Assembly (NCBI GenBank): GCA_040285825.1
Contig: JAUPSS010000002.1
Location: 2,108,001 to 2,172,000 of the forward strand
From: Eukaryota sp. TZLM1-RC
Lineage: Eukaryota; Protista; Metamonada: BaSk clade
Direction of reading: 5' to 3'
Length of the DNA: 64,000 nucleotides
In this document: in pieces, positions 1-11,802 of the stretch
How positions within the stretch are numbered: position 1 is the stretch's first letter
Layout: every line of letters begins with the position of its first letter
Notes under the pieces: generated by a model
Database searches by the model: none
Seen by the model: the letters and a program-made list of their open reading frames with translations, nothing else
Told to the model about the DNA's origin: nothing
Translations under genes and position numbers: made by a program

Positions 1-1613
1 GATATTGTACATGAAGAAGGAGAAAACCATCACTCGGCTGATATGATGTCAAGAAACATACATACAAATTTAGAAAATGCGGAAATAAAACACATCAATT
101 ACCCACATGATCCCCTTTGGCACGGTGATATACCACCTTCTGTCGACCATTCTGATTATAAAGATCCAGACCCAATTCAAATTTTCAAATATACAAAGCA
201 TCCAGATTTACCCATTTTTTCAAATTGGCTCTCAAAAGTTAGATCAGAGCAACAACTAGCCATTAGCAATAATTATCCATTATTTAATAACGCTGCACTA
301 TGCAAAAACACAGAAATCCGGTTAAATGATAAAAGTAAAATGATTATACCGACCAAACTAAGGAAAAAAACACTTAACCTAATACACGGTTGAACCCAAT
401 CAGACCACCCTAGTAAAAACGAAAGTCTTCATAAACTATTCAGAAGCGATTTCTACTGGCCAAATATGAGAAAAGATCTCATCAAACATATAGAACGTTG
501 TCCTACTTGCCAGAAAACAGCACTAGTTAAGCAATCAAAGACTCCCTCAACTGTTTCCAAGTGAACTAACCGCCCCTTCGCAAAATTAAACGTGGATACT
601 ATTGGCCCCACTCAATAAGAACAACAATGATTCTAAATATTGATTATTTCTTGTCGATCAAATTGATTTGCCAAAAATTGTCAATTATAATATCTAATTC
701 AATTTTTTATCATTCTGAAAGTAATGAATTGCTCGAAAGAAAACATCGAGATGTGATACAATGTATAGGAAATTTTTGAAAGACTACAACGACTATGATG
801 CATGGTGTCACATATCTACCATTAACTCAACTATTTATTCATAAAACCAAAAGCAGAATAACAAATCACACTCCATATGAATTGATGTTTGGGTCATCTA
901 TCAGCCCATGATCAGATCCTGCTAACATAATAGGAGGTATTTTCGATTTCGAATCCAATGTGCTACTTTTGCAAGACCTCAAATTGAAGAATGATAGTCT
1001 CCAAAAGAAATTGGAAGAAGCAAAGCATCACCAATTATTAAACAGACCCAGTCATACGAAAAACACAGATAAAAACACATTTAATATTGCTGACTATGTT
1101 CTTCGAAAGACTAAACAACCTTATAAATTACATGGATTTTGGTTAGGCCCATATTTGGTTTCAGAAAACGCTTCCACCTCCACATTATTAATAAACAACC
1201 TGACGACTGCTGAACAAACAAAAATATCTAGGAGGGACTGTAAAATTCATAACGCTGACGATCCTAACGATGTTGATCTACTTAGGGCAATCGCAGCTAC
1301 TAATTCAGGTGAACATGTCATCGAGGAAATCCTTGACGAGTATAATACTGCTCAAGGATCCTTCTGTACTGTGAGATGATTTGGTGGAGATTCTACTACT
1401 ACGAGGAACCACTCCATTCTTTCAGATACTCAGAAGGGTATCAACGATTTAATAATAAACGATTTAATAAGAAACCTATTGAAAGAAAACGTAAATCTAT
1501 TAAATCCAATAGCGCAGCTCAGGCTCTCTGCGTGCCTCAGCGAAAGCGTTATCCGCAAAGGAAGCGGAAAATCTACTGTACGTAATTTTAATTAAGAAAA
1601 CGGGAGAAGGTAG
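1..1613 (+). mobile_element. Degenerate Gypsy/Ty3 LTR retrotransposon, 3' part of pol (integrase plus chromodomain-like tail)
   Basis: Broken frames give HPSKNES...YWPNMRKD...CPTCQK (HHCC), RPFAKLNVDTIGP, TPYELMFG, a W-GPY motif and HVIEEILDE. Polypurine tract AAGAAAACGGGAGAAGGTAG lies immediately before TG at 1614. Confidence 0.85.
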
Positions 1614-1880
1614 TGTAAAATCTCACTGGTGAGTACCTAAGTATATATATAGAATAACATTAAATAAAATTATATTTTTTTAATCCGGTTTACACCAACA
1701 CCTACTAACATACAGCTAGCATAAAGCCTAACGGCAACAAATTTACAGTACTTTCCTTTTTTCTTTTGCTATTCCAATATCCAAAGCCAATCTCAATATT
1801 GTGTCCATCAGTATTCAATTTAACTTTCAATCTGTTGATCCCGTTGGACTCACATTTTTGTTTATTCATGTATTTGTACA
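1614..1880 (+). repeat. Probable LTR of the Gypsy relic
   Basis: Starts TGTAA directly after the PPT. A related start (TGTAGGTACCTCACTAGTGAGTACC) recurs at ~39956. The right end (TGTACA at 1880) is uncertain. Confidence 0.45.
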
Positions 1881-1921
1881 AAGTCTGGCGCCTAACAGAG
1901 GACCTTTGTCAAATGGGATAG

Positions 1922-3330
1922 TGTTGCCTAAAGTCTAATGTGGTTAAAGAAAAGTCAATGAGGAAAAGTTGATTTATTTTCTAATCATATCATATAAGTC
2001 TTATGGCGCCAACACTGCCTCTTCCCTTTTTCAAAATAAATCAGCTTATATGAATATGAAACTAAAACTATGAACAAATAACTATAATTATCAAGAACTA
2101 AATACTAAATTCCAATGTTTTTTATTGTCTACAATTATCTTTGTAGTGATTGGGATTCACACAAACACTGGTTTTACATTTTTATGATCGACAATTGATG
2201 TACTATGACTCTCCCACAATAATGTTAGTTAAAGGTAGTAAGCAATAACTAAACAGGGCCTTATTCCAACATCTGTGTTCGAATACTTTGTTGTGTATGT
2301 TTTAACCGCTACGTAAAGATGTCTGGTTCTTCCCTTTTCCGTAAACGAGCAACGTGGTAGTGTCGTTTAGTAAAGGTATCATGGAATCGAAGAATGGATT
2401 CGTTAATGATCATGCAGGGTCTATGTTGGATCAAAAAAAACAGTTAGCGAAGGAACAAATTTCAGAAACCGGAAGGCGGCATCTTTTGTTGTTAAAGTAC
2501 TGCCTTTACGACCAAAAATATCAAAAGAATCAACGACCGTATTCTTGCCATTGTAGTACAATAATAGTGGAGGTGGAGTCGCTACTCGTAACCTCGTATA
2601 TAGTCGACTTTTTTTGTGTTTTGCTCCATAAGGGAGGGAGTTGCTGGAATGGATAAAAGTCCATTGAATCGAGGTATGGCTCCGCGTCTTTGTTAGGAGT
2701 TTGTAGAATCCATTACTGGAGTCATCTTCCCCTTTCGTGTTATGTACTCTCCTAGAGGGGTTGATTATGTAAAGTGGGATTTCCATCCGTTTCTTTACTA
2801 GATCCAACATTAGGGAGGGGAGAAAGAACTGAGTCCGTTCTCGTAACCTCTGATGAAGAAACTATTTCCTTGAGGGGAGAAAGCACTGAGTCCGTTCTCG
2901 TAACCTCTTTAGTTACTTTGAAAAAAGAGGTGGGACTTGGGCCCGCGCCTGTTCCTTTTGCAACTAGTGTTGCAGCAGGAGGGACCTCGTCCTCTCTTTC
3001 AACTTTTTCTTTCTTGAAGGGGGAGGTGGGAACCGGGTCAGTTGTTTCGTCAACCTTCTGTATGTTTGTTGTATGTTGTTGTTGTGTATTCCGCTGCTGC
3101 TGCATGTTAGGTGAATGAGTGAATCAAAGATATCTTTCTGAAAAATGTCTGACATACTAAAAGGATATCTAATTGGCTGTTACAGTGTAAATGCTGAAGA
3201 TATAATGGTATACCTGGACTTTTAATGGCCAATAATTATTGTTGCCTAAAGTCTAATGTGGTTAAAAAAATCAATGAGGAAAAGTTGATTTATTTTCTAA
3301 TCATATTATATAAGCCTTATGGCGCCAACG
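1922..3330 (-). mobile_element. TRIM-like non-autonomous LTR element with ~92-bp LTRs and an unknown cargo ORF
   Basis: Direct repeats at 1922-2014 and 3240-3330 with TGTTG...CAAC(A) termini. Minus-strand PPT GAAAAAGGGAAGAGGCAG abuts the left repeat; TGGCC PBS-like site lies 8 nt inside the right repeat. Internal frameshifted ORFs 2421-3105 lack gag/pol motifs. Confidence 0.65.
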
Positions 3331-3667
3331 AAAGAGCAATTCATCATGTAGTAATTTCATCTTGATATAAATTAAAATAGGAAATTGAAGCCCCCATCCA
3401 AAACAGGGCCACTTTATCGACGGGACTGCTTCAATTTCATGTTTTACTTAATGTTTCAAATTACTGAAAATCAAAAGCTTTACAGAAGCATTCTGAGAAT
3501 TGAGCAGATATTTCATTCAATGAATGAACTGCATCAATTGTTGGATAAATGAGGATATCATATGGCAAACAGTTGTACAAGAATTGGTCACCAAAACATT
3601 TTAAAAAGTAAAGAACATTTTCAAAATATAATAAAATTATATTTATATTAACAACAATACCAATAAA

Positions 3668-4313
3668 CTAAACATCCCTATTGGGACAAACAGAATCCAA
3701 ATCAAAGAAGGAAGAGTCCTTTTTGATCTTGGAATGACTGACATAACCTGTACAACTCAGATTGGAATCTTCAGTAATTCGTTGCTTGCTGTTATCCTGA
3801 CAGTATTCTGGGGTAAGTGAGAGAAAGAAACATACCAAGAATGAAACGTTGTTCAACGCACCATCTGCGCCATCTGTGGATGTAATATGTACATGGACGA
3901 TTTTCAGACCTTCCAGCTTCATTAGCTCCACGAGGTATCTTGAACTTTTCCCAGTCTCCGGAATTATCGGTCTTAGTAAAAGGACAAGTTCCATCTCCTC
4001 TCATCATGTACTTCCTTCCGTCACGGAAAAGATAGCTGTCACGGGTATTGTAGACCCACTTCTTTTTGAGATCAACTGCAAGGAACCAAACATCTTTGTC
4101 CTCCTTCTCGGGCTGAGTCTCAAATTCCATGTAAAAGCGGTCTTCCTGTGGAAAGCCTCCAAAAACAATAATTAAGGTAATGAAGATTGCAGTGCAAACT
4201 GCACATATTATTGATCCTTTGATAAGAGTCTCACGTGGAACATCATCAAGAAAGGATGGTAGAAACTTCCTTTCCTCTATCAGGACGAATGGTGTGGATT
4301 GTGAAGATGTCAT
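3668..4313 (-). CDS. Type II membrane protein, possibly ependymin-related; one 28-nt intron (3808-3835)
   Basis: N-terminal hydrophobic helix (IICAVCTAIFITLIIVFGG). Splicing GTATGT...CCCCAG joins ORF 3792..4313 in frame to the C-terminus of ORF 3668..3994. FKIP-x-x-A and terminal F-x-L-x-x-x-C resemble the EPDR pattern (weak). Confidence 0.6.
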
Positions 4314-4419
4314 TGTAGTTGAACAGTGGGAAAAATGAATGTAAAAAACAGATTAAAAAAACTAAAGATTTGCTGTTCTGAAACTGGACTTTTATAAACA
4401 CCACTTCTACAATGGCACA

Positions 4420-4920
4420 AGATTACTGATTTTTAAAGATTCATCAAGCCTAACGCTTTCTGCAAGCACAGCACTAATGATTCTTTCAAAGATGCAAACA
4501 TTCACTGTGATTGGTTAACTGTGGTAAAATGCTCCTTATGTTTCATACTTTTTTGTCTCTTGGAAAAGCCCTTTGAAAAACCACCTATTATTTTTGAAAA
4601 TCCTTAACCTATAATCCTTGAAAACTACACTTAATATAAAACAACTCAGAACTAATGGGATGAAATTCATTGAAACAAAATTTCATCTACAAAATCCTTG
4701 TTTTGCTTGTTGTCTCGCTGATGCTTCTGTTATATGACGAAAGAACAAAGATAATCTATTGATTATGGAGAATTGCATTCGAGAGCTTGAAAGACTGAAT
4801 TAATCAAAAAAAAACAAATGACGATACAATTCAACAATCGAGAGTGAGAATGACTCATTAAAGTTAACAAATAATCGGTCGTTGTTGTTTCTGATGTGAA
4901 AACTATCAGTATGAAATCAA
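4420..4920 (-). mobile_element. Degenerate fragments of an RLE non-LTR retrotransposon 3' end
   Basis: 4666-4830 resembles the family-2 3' end at 13619-13750 and 47400-47600; ITVNVC and KKYET-like RLE remnants. Confidence 0.5.
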
Positions 4921-5425
4921 TTCTATATTAGAACCTGTAATTTTTATGAAAACAATATTCGACTACAAAGTTGCTCGTGAAGATGGCAAATGGGAAGACG
5001 GTAAAGTGAATACCTTTAGGAAATGTATCCACGTATTTAATTCAAAAATGAACTTTAATAAAACAAATAGTCCAAAAGAGTCTGAATGCTCTGAAGTGAG
5101 AGTGAAGAGATAGCAAGCCACGGAAGGCGAGGTACACAGTGAATATATCAAAATATTCCTCAAAATTGTTCACCGCTTCCAGTCTTGGGATTACGAACAA
5201 ACCAACTCAACTCAAGTAACCAACTCAGAATGTACTATTAGCCTATATGTATCACTATTAAACGATTTTATTTGACTGTATTTCCAATATATACTACAAT
5301 AGCTAAAACAAATTTAATAAATGTTCAATAACTCAAAAAGTCAATTGCCTCATGTCTACATAAACTATTCCTTCAACATACAAACAAAACTAAATTTTTA
5401 TTGAATACTGTATTAAATAGACATC

Positions 5426-6487
5426 CTAATTGCGACCCCGACCTCTGCCTCGGCCCCGATCACCTCTTCCTCTTCCTCTTCCTCTTTCACCTCTCCCACT
5501 GCCTCTACCCCTGGTTCCTCTCTGACCACCACGACCTCCTCTCTTCACGAAAGGTTGTTCCTTGTCATTATGGAACTTTTTAGCATGTGGTGCAAAACGT
5601 TTGGTTGATGATTCTTCGACAACCCTTCTTTTTTTGCCTGCTTCAACATCAGACTCACTTTCAGACTCACTATCATATTGAGAATCAGAATCTGTGGATA
5701 ATTCACTAGATACATCTTGATTTTGGGTCACTCCAACGGAATCATCTGCAGATTCCTCGCTACTGGAATCATCACTGCTCTGAAGGTCATCAGACTCAGC
5801 CTTTGAAACATCAAGACTAGCATCAGAAAGAGCAGAAGAATCAGAATCATCCTCCTTTTCTAAAAGAGTTTGTTCTTCTTCTCCGCTACTCGTACTATCA
5901 TCTTCATCTTCATCAACAAGATTCACTGGGGCTGGAATACGGGGTGCAGGGGAGCCAAGAACAGCGTCAATGAGTTGAATATTGGTCTTTGTAACACCTT
6001 CCATATCAGACTCTGCGCTTTCGGATTCTAGCGTGTCGGCATCTGAGGGTTCTGATTCAGTGGTAGGATCAGTTTCATCTCCAGGGGCAACTTCTTCAGC
6101 TTGGCTGCTCTCACTATCGGTTTCTTCAGCTAGTTCAGCAGACACAGCTTCTTCCATTACAGGGAAATCCTGGGGGACAGCTATGGGCGAGGACGGAGTT
6201 TCCTTGGTGTCTTCCTCCATAGTAGATGACGAATCAGTCATATGTGAATCTAAAGTCGGTTTTTCGGGTTGATCTAGGTGAATTTGACCAGAAATGGATT
6301 CAAAGTAGGAATCAATGGCGTTGTTGACAATAGTCTTGATTTGGTCTGCATGTTCTTTTAGGGATGAACCACTAGTAACTGGTAACGGGGAGAGATGAAG
6401 TTGGTTGGGTGTTTGTGACATCAACTGTTTAGGATCTATCGTACTCTTTCCTCTATTTGGGGTTTTGGCATTAATGGATTTTGTCAT
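5426..6487 (-). CDS. Acidic Ser/Asp/Glu-rich disordered protein with C-terminal RGG/RG box (probably nucleolar)
   Basis: Intact 353-aa ORF with long acidic tracts, KKRR NLS-like motif and RGGRGG...RGRGRGRN tail. Confidence 0.75.
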   Translation of the reverse strand: MTKSINAKTPNRGKSTIDPKQLMSQTPNQLHLSPLPVTSGSSLKEHADQIKTIVNNAIDSYFESISGQIHLDQPEKPTLDSHMTDSSSTMEEDTKETPSSPIAVPQDFPVMEEAVSAELAEETDSESSQAEEVAPGDETDPTTESEPSDADTLESESAESDMEGVTKTNIQLIDAVLGSPAPRIPAPVNLVDEDEDDSTSSGEEEQTLLEKEDDSDSSALSDASLDVSKAESDDLQSSDDSSSEESADDSVGVTQNQDVSSELSTDSDSQYDSESESESDVEAGKKRRVVEESSTKRFAPHAKKFHNDKEQPFVKRGGRGGQRGTRGRGSGRGERGRGRGRGDRGRGRGRGRN

Positions 6488-6566
6488 AAACGAACACGGG
6501 CAAGAGATGGAGGTGAATGAAAAATAAATTGTAGTTTGTTTCTATTTGAATCTGCAGACACCTCAA

Positions 6567-9500
6567 ATGCACAGTGGGTCTCACTTTAGGGATCCTCTCC
6601 AGGTTCTTCCGACCTCTGTCACTTTTTCCATATTCAACAAATCTGAAGTAGAGAACTTGTCCGTCTGCAAGGTTTCTAATCCAATCCTTTTCGATTCTCT
6701 CAGTAATCCGTGTCAAAATGGTCTGTATGACCCTCGTATGGGTCCATTAAACCCGTTTGAAAACTGTGCCACTTGCAAACTCAATCATCAATCTTGCCCT
6801 GGACACATGGGCCATATCGAGCTCCCATTCCCTGTTTTCAACCCACTAGTGTTCCCTACTCTTTATTCTCTCATGCGAGCAAAGTGTTTCAACTGCCACA
6901 AGCTCCGAATCTCCCGCACCAAAGCTGATCCTATCATCACCACCATCAAATCCATGGCCCAGGGACCCATACAAAGAGCCGCAATTAAGACTTTCATCTC
7001 CAAAATGCCCCCCAAATGTGACAATTGTGGCGCTGTTACTCCTAAGCTCCGCAAGGAAGGTGTTGTAAAGATCTTTATTCTACCACTTTCCCAAAGAGGA
7101 AGGAGGGTCAATGCTGGTATTGGTGTCGATATGAAGTTGCCTCCGTTCTTGACCCCCAAGGATGTCTATGAGCATTTAAAACAAACTTTTGGCTTGGAGT
7201 ATGATTTACTCCACGTGTTGTGCCCAGGAACTACAGTATTTGGTACGGAGGGTCATGATTTTTTCTTTATCCAATCACTACCAGTTCCGCCTTCAAGATT
7301 TAGACCTCCTTCTAAAATGGGTGACCAGACATATGAACATCCGAGCAATGGTCTTTTAGGGAAGATTCTTTCCACTAGAAGAGACTTGCTAAGGTCAGCC
7401 AAGCCTGTTTCAAACAAGGACAATGATAATAAAGGAGACGAAGGGGAAAACTTGGAGGGAGAAGTAGATGAAACTAGAGGCGAAGGGGAAACTCAAATAG
7501 ATTATCATAATAGGATTCAGAGAACTTTAAGCTGCTATTTCCAATTACAACATGATGTCAATACTTATTTGGATGCAACCAAGAACCCCAACCCTCCCTA
7601 TGGAGGAAAGATTATCCCTGGTGTACGTCAATTATTAGAAAAGAAAGAGGGTCTTTTTAGACAAAATATGATGGGAAAGAGAGTTAACTATGCTGCTCGA
7701 AGTGTAATCTCCACTGATCCTTATATTGCCACGACTGAAGTAGGAGTTCCGCAGGTGTTTGCAATGAAACTTACTTTTCCTGAACCTGTAACTCCTTATA
7801 ACAGTGAGATACTTCGAAATGCTGTACAAAATGGTCCTAATGTCTATCCAGGTGCTAACTTTGTGGAGGATCAAAAAGGAAATCTTATTGATCTTGCTCA
7901 CTTATCAAAAGACAGAAGGGAAGGTATTGCGAAACTGCTGCAAACTCCATCAGGCCATCCAAGTAATTTACCAAAGAGGGTGTATCGTCACTTAACTAAT
8001 GGTGATGTTCTATTGGTAAACCGACAGCCTACTCTTCACAAGGCCTCTATTATGGCACACAAAGCGAAGGTTTTGCCCAATCAGCGGACCATTAGACTTC
8101 ACTATGCTAATTGTAACTCATACAATGCAGATTTTGATGGTGATGAGATGAATCTCCATTTCCCCCAGTCGTTTGAGGCCAGATCTGAAGCTTATAACCT
8201 TGCACTTGCAGATAAAATGTATACGACCCCCACTGCTGGAAACCCTATTAGGGGTTTAATTCAGGATCACGTCATGGGAGGGTTCTTTTTGACCTTGAAG
8301 AATACTTTTCTGTCAAGACCTATTTACACTCAGTTGGTTTACTCTGCTCTTTCCACAGATTCTAGTTTATTTAGTCAAAAGTTGGTCACGATTCCTCCTG
8401 CTGTATTGAAACCTAAACCTCTATGGACAGGAAAGCAAGTTATTTCAACTGTTATCAGGTTGATTGTTGGAGAGGGCGTTCCTTTGCCTAATATTACCGC
8501 GAAGGGTAAGGTTTCTGCTAAAATCTGGACTCCCTTACATGAGGAAGAAGCTTCTTTTTTGATGAGAGGTGGCGATCTCCTTACCGGTGTCATAGATAAG
8601 AACCAGATTGGACCTTCAAAGTTTGGTTTAGTCCACTCTGTTTGTGAGTTATATGGACACACGGCTGCTGGAAGATTGTTGTCATCTTTGGGTCGTCTCT
8701 TTACCACTACTGTTCAATACTTTGGTTGTTCTATTGGTGTAGCTGATATGATTTTAACCGAGGAAGCTGATGACAGTCGTAATCAAATCCTCTCAGTTGC
8801 CAATCAAAAAGGCCAGGAAGTTGCCGCCAAGTTTGCCGCCCAAGAACTTACAGGAGACTATGAAAATGATGGTTCTGATTTGACCACTGATCAAGTAAAG
8901 GCATCGCTTGGTAGAATTCTGCATGATGAAGAGCTTGCCCCTAGATTGGATGGTTCTTATGCTGGTGCTTTGGCCCAACTTGCTGGTGATGTTATCGATG
9001 CTACTGTGCCAAAAGGTCAGATGGTTTCATTTCCTTATAACAATCTAATGACAATGGCAACAATAGGTGCTAAGGGCTCCAATGTCAATGTCTCTCAAAT
9101 CAGTTGCCTTTTAGGCCAACAAGCTCTTGAAGGTCGCCGTGTCCCAGTCATGCCCTCAGGTAGAACTTTACCTTCATTTTCCCCCTACGACCTCTCCCCA
9201 AGAGCTGGAGGGTTTGTTCAGCAACGTTTCCTTACTGGAATTAAGCCTCAGGAATACTACTTTCATTGTATGGCTGGGAGGGAAGGTCTTATTGATACCG
9301 CCGTTAAAACGGCCAATAGTGGATACTTACAACGATGCGTAATTAAAGCTTTGGAATCCCTTACCCTTGCTTATGATGGTACTGTTAGAGAGTCTGATGG
9401 GTCTGTTATTCAATTCCTCTACGGTGAAGACGGTTTGTCTACCCAGGATACCAAGTTTTTAACCGAATTTAAGTTTATGGCAAGTAATTTCAAGCCATTA

Positions 9501-11225
9501 ATTCACTCGGCTCAATTAGCTTGTATTTTGCCAAAGTTAGATTTGAATGCAGCCAGAACTGCAAAATTTGATGTAGAAACTGGCGGTGATCCTGTCTTGT
9601 CTCGATTGAGCCCTTTTAACTGTCTGGGAGCCGTTTCTGAATATTTTTCTGATGCCCTTGAAGAGTACATTTCTTCAAACCCTGATGGCTTGGTTTCTCT
9701 CAACTCTGATTTAAGTCCTGATAAGTTTAGAACGTTAATGCACTACCGATACCAACAATCTCTAGCTCATCCAGGGGATTCTGTAGGTGCTGTTTGCGGT
9801 CAATCTATTGGAGAACCATCTACTCAAATGACCCTCAACACTTTCCATTTGGCTGGACATGGTGCCGCCAATGTCACTCTTGGTATTCCTAGGCTTCGAG
9901 AAATCATTATGACTGCTGCGAAAGTCCCCAAGACTCCAACAATGACATTACCTTTGGTTGTGGGCTCTACAAAGAAGGAAGCGTACAAACTAGCCAAGAA
10001 CCTCTCTAGAATAGGAGTTTCTGATGTTTGGGGTGGTCTGACTGTTACCAGTAGTCTAGAATTGAAGAAAGGGTCACAAGGAGCTCGAGTTTATAAGTTG
10101 GAAATTGACATTAACAATGAGGAAGTAATGAAAAGAAATAATGTAACTAGCACTCAATTATCAAATACTTTAGAAAATAAGTTTTTACCAAAGTTAATTG
10201 TTGCCATTACCCGAGATTTAAAGAAAAGTGGCGATCAATCTACTGTTGTAAGTCAAACCACTTTTGAGAGAGAACGAAAGTATCTTTATCGGTTGGAAAA
10301 GGCTGCTATTGAGGGAAAAGAAGATGATAATGAACAAGATATCGGCAAGACTATGGATGATGATTCTGATAGTGATCATGATTCTGACGTTGAGGTTCTT
10401 GAAGATTCAGATAAAAAGACCAGAGTTAAAGAATATGACGACGACGATGATGAAGTTGAAGCGGAAGGTTCAGACATGGAGGAAGAGGTCGAAGGTGAAG
10501 ATTTGGACGTGAAAGGTGAAGAAGAAATGGGACAAGAGGATGAACTTAATGCCAAAGTCAAGAAAAATGATGGAGCTAAAGGTTCGTTTAGTCATCCTTT
10601 TATTAGAGGATATTCCGTCAATAATGATTCATTTTCTTTAACTTTACAAATTCCTGCCAGATTGAGGAAGATTTTAATGCTTACTGTGGCTGAAAAAGTT
10701 GCAAAAACTGTTTATGTTCGCGAAATTAAGGGTATTACTAAGGGTCATGTAAACCAATCAAATACTCAATCGACACCAGTAATCACGACAGATGGGGTTA
10801 ATTTCGAAGCTGCCTGGTCTCTAAGAAGTCGGATTGATATCAACAAAATGGCCACTAATGATATTTATCAAACTTTATTAAATTATGGTGTGGAGGCTTG
10901 CAGGACTTCAATTATCCGCGAAATTAACAATGTGTTTTCTTCATATGGAATCGATGTAGATCTTCGTCATTTAGCCTTACTTTCAGACTTTATGACATTT
11001 GAAGGTCAATATAGAGCTTTAAACAGAATTGGAATGGATAATTCAAATAGTCCTTTCCTGAAAATGTCATTTGAAACTACTGCCTCTTTCTTGACAAAGG
11101 CTGTTTTGTTTAAGGAAAACGAAGATTTAACTACACCTTCAGCTAGAATCATTGTTGGGCAACCTATGAAGTCAGGAACCGGCTTGTGTGAATTGAGATA
11201 TCCAATGGAGATTTCTTCGAATTAG
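6567..11225 (+). CDS. RPA1: DNA-directed RNA polymerase I largest subunit
   Basis: GLYDPRMGP, CPGHMGHIEL, KKEGLFRQNMMGKRVNYAARSVI, catalytic YNADFDGDEMN, TLNTFHLAGHGAANVTLGIPRLREI and a Pol I-type acidic insertion. Intronless; first ATG at 6567. Confidence 0.97.
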   Translation: MHSGSHFRDPLQVLPTSVTFSIFNKSEVENLSVCKVSNPILFDSLSNPCQNGLYDPRMGPLNPFENCATCKLNHQSCPGHMGHIELPFPVFNPLVFPTLYSLMRAKCFNCHKLRISRTKADPIITTIKSMAQGPIQRAAIKTFISKMPPKCDNCGAVTPKLRKEGVVKIFILPLSQRGRRVNAGIGVDMKLPPFLTPKDVYEHLKQTFGLEYDLLHVLCPGTTVFGTEGHDFFFIQSLPVPPSRFRPPSKMGDQTYEHPSNGLLGKILSTRRDLLRSAKPVSNKDNDNKGDEGENLEGEVDETRGEGETQIDYHNRIQRTLSCYFQLQHDVNTYLDATKNPNPPYGGKIIPGVRQLLEKKEGLFRQNMMGKRVNYAARSVISTDPYIATTEVGVPQVFAMKLTFPEPVTPYNSEILRNAVQNGPNVYPGANFVEDQKGNLIDLAHLSKDRREGIAKLLQTPSGHPSNLPKRVYRHLTNGDVLLVNRQPTLHKASIMAHKAKVLPNQRTIRLHYANCNSYNADFDGDEMNLHFPQSFEARSEAYNLALADKMYTTPTAGNPIRGLIQDHVMGGFFLTLKNTFLSRPIYTQLVYSALSTDSSLFSQKLVTIPPAVLKPKPLWTGKQVISTVIRLIVGEGVPLPNITAKGKVSAKIWTPLHEEEASFLMRGGDLLTGVIDKNQIGPSKFGLVHSVCELYGHTAAGRLLSSLGRLFTTTVQYFGCSIGVADMILTEEADDSRNQILSVANQKGQEVAAKFAAQELTGDYENDGSDLTTDQVKASLGRILHDEELAPRLDGSYAGALAQLAGDVIDATVPKGQMVSFPYNNLMTMATIGAKGSNVNVSQISCLLGQQALEGRRVPVMPSGRTLPSFSPYDLSPRAGGFVQQRFLTGIKPQEYYFHCMAGREGLIDTAVKTANSGYLQRCVIKALESLTLAYDGTVRESDGSVIQFLYGEDGLSTQDTKFLTEFKFMASNFKPLIHSAQLACILPKLDLNAARTAKFDVETGGDPVLSRLSPFNCLGAVSEYFSDALEEYISSNPDGLVSLNSDLSPDKFRTLMHYRYQQSLAHPGDSVGAVCGQSIGEPSTQMTLNTFHLAGHGAANVTLGIPRLREIIMTAAKVPKTPTMTLPLVVGSTKKEAYKLAKNLSRIGVSDVWGGLTVTSSLELKKGSQGARVYKLEIDINNEEVMKRNNVTSTQLSNTLENKFLPKLIVAITRDLKKSGDQSTVVSQTTFERERKYLYRLEKAAIEGKEDDNEQDIGKTMDDDSDSDHDSDVEVLEDSDKKTRVKEYDDDDDEVEAEGSDMEEEVEGEDLDVKGEEEMGQEDELNAKVKKNDGAKGSFSHPFIRGYSVNNDSFSLTLQIPARLRKILMLTVAEKVAKTVYVREIKGITKGHVNQSNTQSTPVITTDGVNFEAAWSLRSRIDINKMATNDIYQTLLNYGVEACRTSIIREINNVFSSYGIDVDLRHLALLSDFMTFEGQYRALNRIGMDNSNSPFLKMSFETTASFLTKAVLFKENEDLTTPSARIIVGQPMKSGTGLCELRYPMEISSN

Positions 11226-11284
11226 TATTTAGTATCTTGTTAGTATTGATTATATAGTATGATAATAAATAGTTTTAATTAGAT

Positions 11285-11761
11285 TTATTTTCTTATTTTA
11301 ACCCTGGCCTTATACATTTGTTTTTTCTTTTGAAATAAGGGGTGCTTTTTCTGTACACCGCCACTCACAATTTTCGAAGCAATTGCTGATGGAGGTCGTT
11401 TATCTAAAACAGCGATTGTTTTCTTTTCTTTAGCTTTACCTGCCTTTTCCATTGCTATTTTTTTGAGTTGTTGTTTTTCGCAGAGAAGATTGGAATAGAA
11501 TTTGGCCCAACTTGAAGGAGGTCCTCTTCTGGTGACTAAAGCTCTGGTCCTTTCAGGAAACTCTTCATAGCAAATATTTCGCCATATATGATCAAAGTGC
11601 GCTCCAAGTGCAGGATTGAGTTCATAAATTCTCTTGAAGTTGTGATGTTCCATTTTAGGTAGAACATTGTCTAATATTGAAGGAGGGATGTTGCCCAGGA
11701 AAGCTATATCGTCCTGGAGTGACAAACAAACATCTTCAGCTAGTTGCTTTAGAGAAATCAT
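11285..11761 (-). CDS. Elongin A-like protein (BC-box)
   Basis: N-terminal SLKQLA...LGNIPPSILDNVL...IYELNPAL...DHIWRNIC...SWAKFY fits the Elongin A/Ela1 pattern. Confidence 0.75.
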   Translation of the reverse strand: MISLKQLAEDVCLSLQDDIAFLGNIPPSILDNVLPKMEHHNFKRIYELNPALGAHFDHIWRNICYEEFPERTRALVTRRGPPSSWAKFYSNLLCEKQQLKKIAMEKAGKAKEKKTIAVLDKRPPSAIASKIVSGGVQKKHPLFQKKKQMYKARVKIRK

Positions 11762-11802
11762 TGAAACAGATATTGTCTATAACAATGAAATAAGTGTCCT
11801 GT

